24,000 nucleotides of DNA from Gallaecimonas sp. GXIMD1310 (lineage in GTDB: Bacteria > Pseudomonadota > Gammaproteobacteria > Enterobacterales > Gallaecimonadaceae). The notes below the pieces were generated by a model. That model was not told where the DNA came from and did no database searches. It was given only the letters and a program-made list of their open reading frames with translations. Positions 1 through 7,178 of this stretch are shown here, one piece after another (position 1 is the stretch's first letter; every line of letters starts with the position of its first letter). Made by a program: the position numbers and the translations under genes. The stretch covers positions 2,690,802-2,714,801 of the forward strand of contig NZ_CP149514.1 of the NCBI RefSeq assembly GCF_045291545.1. The letters are read 5' to 3'.

Positions 1-198
1 GCCCTCGCAGTGAAAACGTGGACTTATCATTGTTCAGCGGCTATTCACTCTCCAAGGCATCTTGATCACAAAACCACCGACAGCTGCACAAGACACTCTG
101 TTTCACCAGAGTAACAACTTGATACAAAAACGTTTTTTCAATAGGGCAGGCGACTGGCCGGCGTTCACTTTTTATACAGAAATGTGAGATGGGTCACA

Positions 199-1215
199 TC
201 AGGCAGCATCGGGGTTAGTTTGCACCATGCTAGCCGCCAGTTCTGCTGTTTCGACACTGCCAAAAGAACCTTCCATCAGCCGCTCCAGGAGGAATTTTCT
301 GTCCAGCATGCAGCCCGCCTTGAGGTGATCCAGCTGCGCCATCACCGTGGTGATTTCATCCAGAAAGGTCTTCAGCAGCTTCGGCATATACTGGCGGCTT
401 TGGTATAGAGCATAAAGATCAGCGCCTTCGAGCTGCCATTCCGGCAGTACCTGCACCAGCTGCCCCTCATTGATGTATGGCAGGGCCAGGAACAAGGGTA
501 AAAAGCCAACACCGGCGCCGGCCACCAGCGCTTCCCGGGCAAAGGTCACGTTATTACAATGCAAGCGCCCTTTCGGTTGGTAGCTCACCTTCTCTTTGCC
601 GCGCGTAAACTGCCACTGCTCAGAAACCCCGCCAGTGACTTTCAGCAACAGGTTCTCGCAATTGGCCAGGTCGTCCGGGTGCTTGAGCGGGCCGACTTTT
701 GCCAGATATTCCGGGGTGGCAACCAGCACCTTGCTGCTGCCATTAAGACGCCGGGCAATGAGGCTGGAGTCTTGTCCCAGGCCAACCTGAATATGCACAT
801 CCACCCCTTCTTGCACCATATCAACGCGGCGGTTGGTCAGTTCGGCGTCGATGGTGACATCCGGGTATTTTTGTACAAAATGACCGAGAAAACGGCCCAT
901 CAGCAGCTGCCCCAACTCAATGGGCATGACCACTTTCAGCTTGCCACGAACCTGCTCAGCCCGGGTGGTTACCAGTGCCTGAGCATCGTCCAGATCAGCC
1001 ATGATCCGCGAGCAGCGCTCAAAAAAAACGTGGCCGGTTTCGGTCAGATTAAGCTGACGGGTAGTGCGGTTCAGCAAACGTACGCCGAGCCGTTCTTCCA
1101 GGTCAGCAATTTTGCGGCTGACCGTTGCCTTGGTCATACCCAGCCGCTCACCGGCGGCAGTAAAGCTGCCGACCTCAACCACTTTGGTAAACACCTGAAC
1201 TTCATTCAGATCCAT
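199..1215 (-). CDS. LysR-family transcriptional regulator, divergent from the efflux pair
   Basis: N-terminus MDLNEVQVFTKVVEVGSFTAAGERLGMTKATVSRKIADLEERLGVRLLNRTTRQLNLTETG is a typical LysR winged-HTH, followed by a substrate-binding-domain-length region. I chose the ATG at 1215 rather than the track start at 1248 because GGAGG lies 5 nt upstream of it on the minus strand. About 40 extra C-terminal residues extend beyond the usual LysR length. Confidence 0.9.
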   Translation of the reverse strand: MDLNEVQVFTKVVEVGSFTAAGERLGMTKATVSRKIADLEERLGVRLLNRTTRQLNLTETGHVFFERCSRIMADLDDAQALVTTRAEQVRGKLKVVMPIELGQLLMGRFLGHFVQKYPDVTIDAELTNRRVDMVQEGVDVHIQVGLGQDSSLIARRLNGSSKVLVATPEYLAKVGPLKHPDDLANCENLLLKVTGGVSEQWQFTRGKEKVSYQPKGRLHCNNVTFAREALVAGAGVGFLPLFLALPYINEGQLVQVLPEWQLEGADLYALYQSRQYMPKLLKTFLDEITTVMAQLDHLKAGCMLDRKFLLERLMEGSFGSVETAELAASMVQTNPDAA

Positions 1216-1332
1216 ACAGACCTCCAAAGCAAACGCTAATAGTTTCAAAGAAGAAACAGTAAGTATTTAAATCAACCAATGACAAAAATAATGCAACAAC
1301 ACTAAAATGTCGAGTTCATTGTCGGAGGTCGC
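1216..1332. promoter_or_regulatory. AT-rich divergent promoter/operator region between the LysR gene and emrA
   Basis: This 117-nt intergenic region is clearly more AT-rich than its flanks. A candidate sigma70 promoter for emrA is ATGACA (1279-1284), an 18-nt spacer, then TAAAAT (1303-1308). An interrupted dyad ACT-N9-AGT at 1301-1315 could be a LysR-type site. These are motif matches by eye only. Confidence 0.3.
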
Positions 1333-2337
1333 ATGTCGAAACGTTTTATTTTTCTTGTGTTATTGGTGCTGGTTGCCGTGGCAGGAGGTGCCTGGTGGTG
1401 GCACCTGCAAGGCCGTGAAAGTACCAATAATGCTTATGTCAAAGCCGATATCCTGCCGGTAATGAGCCGCATTAATGGCACTGTCAGTAAAATCCTGGTG
1501 GCCGACAATGCCCAAATCACAAAAGGCCAGCCGTTACTGCAACTGGATGCCAGTGATGCCAAGGTAGCCGTCAGCAAAGCCACAGCGGAGCTGACCAAAG
1601 CCCAGGCGGTACTGGCACACCTGGTAGACCGCGAACAGGCCCAGCTAGCGCTGGTCAGTGCTGCCAAGGCCAGTAGCAAAGCCGCCGCCGCAGAGCTGCA
1701 ACGGGCCGAGCAGCAATACCAGCGGCTGGCCAAGCTGTCTTCCAAGCAATATGTTTCCAAAGACGATCTGGATGCCGCCCAGCTGGCCCGCGATGCCGCT
1801 CAGGCCCGCCTGGCCCAGGCCCAGGCACAACATGCCTCGCAACAGGCTCAGCTGGCCGTCATTGAAGGGGAAAAACCGCAACTGCAGGCCCAAGTGGCTG
1901 CTGCCCAGGCCAGTGTTGAACAAGCCAAGCTGAACCTGTCTTACACCACCTTGTACGCTTCTCGCGCCGGGGAAATGACCAGCCGCCAGGTGCAGCTGGG
2001 GCAGTCGGTTGCCCCCGGAGCCCGGCTGATGAGCCTGGTGACCAAGCCGCTGTGGATTGACGCCAACTTTAAAGAAACGCAGGTTGCCGATATGGCCGTA
2101 GGGCAGGCGGTGAACATTACCGCCGACACCCTGCCGGGCAAAGTATTCAAGGGTCATGTGCAGAGTTTCGCCGGCGCCACCGGCTCTGAGTTCGCTCTGC
2201 TGCCACCGCAAAATGCCACCGGTAACTTCACCAAGGTGGTGCAGCGCCTGCCGGTGCGTATTGCCTTTGACCAAGGCCAGGATCTGCAGCCACTGCGGCC
2301 AGGTATGTCGGTGGTTGTCACCGTCTTTACGGAGTAA
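1333..2337 (+). CDS. emrA: HlyD/EmrA-family periplasmic adaptor of an MFS efflux pump
   Basis: It has an N-terminal membrane anchor (FIFLVLLVLVAVAGGAWWW) and the motif NNAYVKADILPVMSRINGTVSKILVADNAQITKGQPLLQLD typical of EmrA/HlyD. A long Ala/Gln coiled-coil hairpin follows, then a C-terminal beta-barrel region. GGAGG sits at 1324-1328 upstream of the ATG. The gene is 2 nt from the next one. Confidence 0.85.
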   Translation: MSKRFIFLVLLVLVAVAGGAWWWHLQGRESTNNAYVKADILPVMSRINGTVSKILVADNAQITKGQPLLQLDASDAKVAVSKATAELTKAQAVLAHLVDREQAQLALVSAAKASSKAAAAELQRAEQQYQRLAKLSSKQYVSKDDLDAAQLARDAAQARLAQAQAQHASQQAQLAVIEGEKPQLQAQVAAAQASVEQAKLNLSYTTLYASRAGEMTSRQVQLGQSVAPGARLMSLVTKPLWIDANFKETQVADMAVGQAVNITADTLPGKVFKGHVQSFAGATGSEFALLPPQNATGNFTKVVQRLPVRIAFDQGQDLQPLRPGMSVVVTVFTE

Positions 2338-2339
2338 TC

Positions 2340-3917
2340 ATGGTCTCCCGGATCCCCAAGCACTGGCTGGCTATTCAAGGGGCGCTGATCGGCGCCTTTA
2401 TGGCCATATTGGATATCCAGATCACCAACTCGTCGCTCAAGGAAATTCAGGGCGCGCTGGGCGCGACGCTGTCAGAGTCGTCGTGGATTGCCACCTCCTA
2501 TCTGGTGGCCGAGATGATCGCCATTCCCTTGACCGGCTTCTTTGCCCGCTGGCTGTCGCCACGCCGTTACCTGTTATGGAATGTCGCCGGCTTTGTGTTG
2601 GCGTCACTGGCCTGTTCCTTTTCCTGGAACCTCGAATCGATGATCGTCTTTCGGGCCTTGCAGGGTTTTACCGGCGGCGCGCTGATCCCTATGGCTTTCA
2701 CGCTGATCATGACCCTGCTGCCCAAGGAAAAGCAGCCGGTGGGCATGGCGTTGTTCGGTGTTACCGCCACCTTCGCGCCGTCCATTGGCCCGACCCTGGG
2801 TGGCTGGCTGACAGACACCTTCAGTTGGCACTACCTGTTTTACCTCAATATTTTGCCCGGCATTCTGGTGATGCTGTTACTGGCCATGGGGCTGGAGAAA
2901 AAAGAGCGGGACGACAGCCAGATCCAGAGCATCGACTTGTTTGGCATGTTGACCATGGCACTGGGCCTGGGGGCGCTGGAAGTGGTGCTGGAAGAAGGCT
3001 CCCGCGATGACTGGTTTGACGCCGAATACATCCGTTGGCTGGCGGCGCTGTCGGTGGTTAGCCTGATTTTCTTTGTACGCCGCCAGCTCACCGCCAAGGC
3101 GCCGTTGGTAAACCTGCGGTTGTTTAAAAACAGCGATTTTGCCAAGGCCTGCGCAGCTTATTTTGCCCTGGGTGCTGGGCTGTTCGGCTCGGTGTACATG
3201 GTGCCTTTGTATCTGGCACAAGTTCACGATTACAACGCCTTACAAATCGGCCTGGTACTGATGTGGGTTGGTTTTCCGCAGTTACCGCTGTTCCCGCTGA
3301 TCCCCAAGCTGGTCAACAAGGTTGACCCGCGCTACCTGGTGTTTGCCGGTTTTGTGGGGATCGCCATCAGTATGTGGATGAACATCAATATGTCGGTGCT
3401 CTATGACGGTGCCTTCTTGATACCCGCGCTGCTGGTACGGGCCATGGCGCAGCCATTTATGATGGTGCCGCTGTCCATTATTGCCACCCAAAACCTGAAT
3501 AAAGAGGATGCGCCCTCCGCATCAACCCTGCTGAACGTGATGCGTAACCTCGGCGGCGCCGTCGGTATTGCCATGCTGGCCACACTGCTGGATGTACGCA
3601 CCCGCCACTATATCTGGCAAATCAAGGAAACCGTGGTTGCTGGCAGCCAGAACCTGACGCAGTGGCTACAGCATACCGGCCAGCTGCTGATCGCCCAGGG
3701 CGGCAATAGTAGCCAGGCATACGGCGTGTTGTTCCAGCAAATGCACAAACAGGCGGCCGTCATGGCTTATAACGATGGCTTTTTGTTGATGGGGGGGCTG
3801 CTGTTCATCGCCGCATTGGCAGTACTGGCCATTCGCCCGGCCCACAAAGCACAGGCCGCGGCGGCAGCTTCCGCCGAGCCAGCCAATTCCCCAACCGTGG
3901 CAAAAGAAGCCGCCTGA
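2340..3917 (+). CDS. emrB: DHA2-family (EmrB/QacA-type, 14-TMS) MFS drug efflux permease
   Basis: The 525-aa protein is very hydrophobic. The N-terminal region GAFMAILDIQITNSSLKEIQGALGATLSESSWIATSYLVAEMIAIPLTGFFARW matches the EmrB pattern. The ATG lies 2 nt after the emrA stop, with GGAG upstream. Confidence 0.9.
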   Translation: MVSRIPKHWLAIQGALIGAFMAILDIQITNSSLKEIQGALGATLSESSWIATSYLVAEMIAIPLTGFFARWLSPRRYLLWNVAGFVLASLACSFSWNLESMIVFRALQGFTGGALIPMAFTLIMTLLPKEKQPVGMALFGVTATFAPSIGPTLGGWLTDTFSWHYLFYLNILPGILVMLLLAMGLEKKERDDSQIQSIDLFGMLTMALGLGALEVVLEEGSRDDWFDAEYIRWLAALSVVSLIFFVRRQLTAKAPLVNLRLFKNSDFAKACAAYFALGAGLFGSVYMVPLYLAQVHDYNALQIGLVLMWVGFPQLPLFPLIPKLVNKVDPRYLVFAGFVGIAISMWMNINMSVLYDGAFLIPALLVRAMAQPFMMVPLSIIATQNLNKEDAPSASTLLNVMRNLGGAVGIAMLATLLDVRTRHYIWQIKETVVAGSQNLTQWLQHTGQLLIAQGGNSSQAYGVLFQQMHKQAAVMAYNDGFLLMGGLLFIAALAVLAIRPAHKAQAAAAASAEPANSPTVAKEAA

Positions 3918-3930
3918 AGGCGGCTCTTTG
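3909..3930 (+). terminator. Weak stem-loop spanning the emrB stop codon
   Basis: GCCGCC-TGAA-GGCGGC (3909-3924) has the TGA stop in its loop and is followed only by TCTTTG. The stem is GC-rich but the U-tract is poor, so read-through is plausible. Confidence 0.35.
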
Positions 3931-3957
3931 ACTGACTCTGGCTACCGGTAGTCGCGC

Positions 3958-4011
3958 TATCCTTGTCTAAGCCCACCAATCTGGGACACTGAAAAAAAAA
4001 CGACAAGGATA
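3958..4011 (+). promoter_or_regulatory. 10-bp perfect inverted repeat whose right arm contains the SD of the DUF885 gene
   Basis: TATCCTTGTC (3958-3967) and GACAAGGATA (4002-4011) are exact reverse complements separated by 34 nt that include an A9 run. The right arm covers AAGGA (4005-4009), which sits 6 nt upstream of the ATG at 4016. Confidence 0.4.
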
Positions 4012-4015
4012 TGCT

Positions 4016-5776
4016 ATGACACGTCTGCTCCCTGCTCTGGCCATTGCCGCCACGGTACTGGCCGGTTGCGCCAGCCACAAAGCGCCCACAGCCCCAGCGG
4101 CCAATGCCGGTGCCAGGCTCACCGCCCTGATGCAGCAATACACCCATGACGCCAACCAGTACGATGCCGACATCGCTGGCGCCAATAACCCGCGCCGTGG
4201 CGCTGGCCACTTGCAGGACATGTCAGACGCCGCCCTGGCTGCACGTAACCAGCACTGGCAGCAACTGCGCCAGCAAATTGCTGCCATCAGCAATGACCAG
4301 CTCAGCGACCAGCAACACATCGACAAAACCATGCTGTTGTACCAGCTGGATAACCGCATCGACAGTTATCACTTTGGCCAGCAATACATTCCGCTGACCT
4401 CCGAATACGGCTTTTGGGTGACGCTGGCCAACCTTAAAAGCGAACTGCGTTTCAAAGACCCTGCCGACTACGACCGCTATCTGACCGCCCTGGCGGATAT
4501 TCCCCGCTACCTGGCGCAACAAACTGCGCTGATGCGCGAAGGCATGCAAAAGGGCATTACCCAGCCGAAAGCGGTGCTGGGCCTGGCTGCCGATAACATT
4601 GCCAAATACATTAATGCCGAGCAGTTTCTCAGCCCCTTTGACGCCCTACCCAAGGGTGACCCGCGCAAAGTCAAAGCCACCGTTCTGGTGAAAAAAGAGG
4701 TACTGCCGGCGCTGAGCCAGTTCCACGACTTTATGCTCAACACCTACATCCCCGGCGCCCGCACCAGCATTGGCATGTCGGCCATGCCCAACGGCCGGGC
4801 CTGGTATCAAAACCGTATCAAGCACTATGTCACCCTGGATATGAGCCCGGAACAAATTCACCAACTGGGCCTTCAGGAAATGGCGCGTATCCACCAGGAA
4901 ATGGACGCCATCATTCATGATCAGCTGCACTTTAAAGGCAGCCTTCATGACTTTATGACCTTCCTGCGCACCGACCCGCAGTTCTACGCCAAAACCCCGC
5001 GGCAGCTGCTGATGGAAGCGGCCTACTACGCCAAGCGAGCCGATGAAATTCTGCCCCGTTACTTTGGCAAATTACCCCGTAAAACCTACGGCGTAGAGCC
5101 GGTGCCGGCCGACATCGCCGCCAACTACACCACCGGCCGCTACGCTGGCTCCGCCTCTGACGACCAGCCCGGCGAGTATTGGGTGAACACCTACAACCTG
5201 AAAGTACGGCCGCTATATGAACTGCCGGCGCTGACCCTGCACGAAGCCGTACCCGGCCACCACCTGCAAATCTCCCTGACCCAGGAACAAACCAGCCTGC
5301 CGCCGTTTCGCCGTAACGCTTACATCAGTGCCTTCGGTGAAGGTTGGGGCCTGTACAGCGAGCACCTGGGCATTGAAGCCGGTTACTACCGCACGCCTTA
5401 TGAGCGCTTTGGCCAGCTGATCTTCGACGCCTGGCGCGCCGCCCGTCTGGTGGTAGACACCGGCATTCACTGGTACGGCTGGGACCGCGCCAAAGCCCTG
5501 AAATACATGGCAGACAATACCGGCCTGTCGCTGCACAACGTGCAAACCGAAACCGACCGCTACATCAGCTGGCCGGCGCAGGCGCTGTCTTACAAGATTG
5601 GCGAACTGACCATACTGCGGCTGCGCCACAAGGCAGAAAAGGCGCTGGGCAAGCACTTCGATATTCGCCGTTTCCACGACGCCCTGCTGGCTAACGGCTC
5701 CATCCCGCTCTCAACCCTGGAACGGGAAATGGACCGCTTTATTGCCAGCGAGCAACAACGGCTCAGCCAGCACTAA
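4016..5776 (+). CDS. DUF885-family lipoprotein (putative metallopeptidase-like, HExxPGHH)
   Basis: The lipoprotein signal MTRLLPALAIAATVLAGC carries a lipobox (LAGC). The C-terminal half matches the DUF885 pattern: LHEAVPGHHLQ, FRRNAYISAFGEGWGLYSEHLG, RLVVDTGIHWYGW, DRYISWPAQALSYKIGE. Confidence 0.85.
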   Translation: MTRLLPALAIAATVLAGCASHKAPTAPAANAGARLTALMQQYTHDANQYDADIAGANNPRRGAGHLQDMSDAALAARNQHWQQLRQQIAAISNDQLSDQQHIDKTMLLYQLDNRIDSYHFGQQYIPLTSEYGFWVTLANLKSELRFKDPADYDRYLTALADIPRYLAQQTALMREGMQKGITQPKAVLGLAADNIAKYINAEQFLSPFDALPKGDPRKVKATVLVKKEVLPALSQFHDFMLNTYIPGARTSIGMSAMPNGRAWYQNRIKHYVTLDMSPEQIHQLGLQEMARIHQEMDAIIHDQLHFKGSLHDFMTFLRTDPQFYAKTPRQLLMEAAYYAKRADEILPRYFGKLPRKTYGVEPVPADIAANYTTGRYAGSASDDQPGEYWVNTYNLKVRPLYELPALTLHEAVPGHHLQISLTQEQTSLPPFRRNAYISAFGEGWGLYSEHLGIEAGYYRTPYERFGQLIFDAWRAARLVVDTGIHWYGWDRAKALKYMADNTGLSLHNVQTETDRYISWPAQALSYKIGELTILRLRHKAEKALGKHFDIRRFHDALLANGSIPLSTLEREMDRFIASEQQRLSQH

Positions 5777-5784
5777 GCCCATAA

Positions 5785-5813
5785 CAAAAAAGCGCCGCAA
5801 GGCGCTTTTTTTA
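5785..5813 (+). terminator. Rho-independent terminator after the DUF885 gene
   Basis: AGCGCC-GCAA-GGCGCT (5791-5806) is followed by a T7 run and preceded by an A6 run. Confidence 0.85.
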
Positions 5814-5975
5814 GGTCATACGCCATCAAGGTAACACCCGCCTGACAACGTAAGTGCTGAGCTGCCAAGAGAAAAATAACTGCCCGAGGGCAAGGCGCAC
5901 CGAGAGGGCCATTTTTGCCAATGGGTGTTCCAAGCTGTTAGGGTCAATGGACATTTTTCACAGGGAGTCTGCTGT

Positions 5976-7124
5976 ATGTGGCAATCGGTGTTGGATGTGA
6001 TCACCCTAACGGCTGCCATGGCTTGGCAGATGTTGTGGGGCCTTATTTTCGGTTTTACGCTGGCCGCGATCATCGATGCTGTGGTGTCCAAGGCCCAGCT
6101 GCAAAAGTTGTTGCCTGACCATTCCCCAAGTTCTCTAACCAAAGCCTCGTTGTTGGGCGCAGCTGCCTCGTCATGCTCCTATGCGGCGGTAGCCATGGCC
6201 CGCTCCCTGTTTCGTAAAGGGGGTGACTTCACGGCTGCCATGGCCTTTCAGTTTGCCGCCACCAACCTGGTGCTGGAACTGGGCGTACTGCTGGTACTGC
6301 TGATGGGCTGGTCTTTTGCCGGGGCCGAATTTATCGGTGGCCCCATCATGATTGTGGTAATGGCCCTGCTGCTGATTTTACTGGTGCCGCGTAACTGGAT
6401 AGAAGCGGCGCGCGAGCAGGCCAAAAAAGGCCTGGCCGGAAAAATGGAAGGCCACGCCAATATGGCCACCATGGAAAAAGAGGGCAACTGGCGCCAGCGT
6501 TTAAGCTCAGCCAAAGGCTGGACCGCCATCAGCCACTACTTTGTGATGAACTGGGCCATGCTCTGGAAAGACATTGCTGTTGGCCTGGTGGTGTCAGGTT
6601 TGCTGGGTGCCTTGGTGCCCGCTAGCGTCTGGCAGGCGCTGTTTTTTACTCACGACCCGCTGCTTAATACCCTGATCGGGCCGCTGTTAGGGCCTCTGAT
6701 TGCCCTGGCGTCTTTTACCTGCTCCATTGGTAACGTGCCGCTGGCAGCCGTGCTGTGGAATGGCGGCATCAGCTTCGGCGGTGTCGTCGCCTTCATTTTT
6801 GGCGATTTGATTATTCTGCCTATTTTGCTGATTTACCGAAAATACTACGGCTGGCGCATGGCCATGGTGCTGTTCGCGGTGTTTTATGTGGCCATGGTAC
6901 TGGCTGCACTGGCGGTCGAACTGTTATTTGGCAGCGTCGGCTGGGTACCACACAGCCGTGAGCTGAGTGTCAGCCAGGCCAGTTTTTCCTGGAACTACAC
7001 CACCTGGCTTAACCTGTTAGCACTGAGCCTCGCTGGCGTTTTGTACTGGCGCTACCGCCGCACCGGTGGCCCGGAAATGATGAAGAATATGGAGCAGGGT
7101 GAACACCACCACCATCATCACTGA
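5976..7124 (+). CDS. Two-repeat integral membrane permease (DUF318/ArsP-YraQ-like) with a native C-terminal His6
   Basis: It is polytopic and hydrophobic throughout. There are two related segments: AASSCSYAAVAMARSLFRKGGDFTAAMAFQFAATN and ASFTCSIGNVPLAAVLWNGGISFGGVVAFIFGD. It ends in EQGEHHHHHH. I prefer the ATG at 5976 (GGGAG 8 nt upstream) over the track's GTG at 5925. Confidence 0.75.
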   Translation: MWQSVLDVITLTAAMAWQMLWGLIFGFTLAAIIDAVVSKAQLQKLLPDHSPSSLTKASLLGAAASSCSYAAVAMARSLFRKGGDFTAAMAFQFAATNLVLELGVLLVLLMGWSFAGAEFIGGPIMIVVMALLLILLVPRNWIEAAREQAKKGLAGKMEGHANMATMEKEGNWRQRLSSAKGWTAISHYFVMNWAMLWKDIAVGLVVSGLLGALVPASVWQALFFTHDPLLNTLIGPLLGPLIALASFTCSIGNVPLAAVLWNGGISFGGVVAFIFGDLIILPILLIYRKYYGWRMAMVLFAVFYVAMVLAALAVELLFGSVGWVPHSRELSVSQASFSWNYTTWLNLLALSLAGVLYWRYRRTGGPEMMKNMEQGEHHHHHH

Positions 7125-7134
7125 CCTTGGCCCA

Positions 7135-7165
7135 TAAAAAAGCCGCCCCGATGGGCGGCTTTTTA
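7135..7165. terminator. Bidirectional rho-independent terminator between convergent genes
   Basis: AGCCGCCC-CGAT-GGGCGGCT (7141-7160) is flanked by an A-run on the left and a T-run on the right. It lies between the permease stop (7124) and the CocE/NonD stop (7179). Confidence 0.85.
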
Positions 7166-7178
7166 TTGCACAACACCT

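Noticed and set aside
1-198. The left edge may hold a partial gene or small RNA. One candidate is a plus-frame ORF ending at the TAA at 112-114. Another is a minus-strand ATG at 30 running off the window. There is also an AAAAACGTTTTT palindrome at 126-137.
   Set aside because: The fragments are too short to assign, their translations have no recognisable features, and the palindrome has no loop or stable GC stem. I could not support a call.
559-1239. A 226-aa plus-strand ORF lies inside the LysR gene. Similar long antisense ORFs occur throughout: 1645-2274, 2877-3227, 4223-4549, 5213-5677, 7182-7706, 7749-8519, 8526-9032, 9782-10375, 12417-12788, 13074-13451, 13662-14081, 16327-16905, 17598-18128, 19925-20281, 21001-21474 and 22210-22803.
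   Set aside because: For every one of these, the coordinate offset from the overlapping annotated gene is a multiple of 3, i.e. the codon-registered antisense frame. This is the signature of shadow ORFs created by codon bias rather than independent genes. None has an SD-plus-start context better than the sense gene, and none has a recognisable domain.
2156-3010. A 284-aa plus-strand ORF spans the emrA/emrB junction in another frame.
   Set aside because: It is out of frame with two well-supported genes and Arg/Cys/Pro/Leu-rich in the manner of off-frame GC-rich translation. It has no SD and no motifs.
5816-6142. A 108-aa minus-strand ORF covers the permease leader and 5' end.
   Set aside because: The translation is Cys/Trp/Ser-rich and atypical. 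It overlaps 167 nt of the permease coding region and has no convincing SD. It is more likely a chance ORF in the intergenic region.
7101-7124. The C-terminal His6 could be an engineered affinity tag, meaning the window would derive from a construct.
   Set aside because: His codon usage is mixed (CAC x3, CAT x2, CAC). No linker, protease site or vector sequence flanks it. A native-looking bidirectional terminator follows immediately, and the surrounding 24 kb is ordinary chromosomal synteny. I treat it as native, though sequence alone cannot exclude an artefact.
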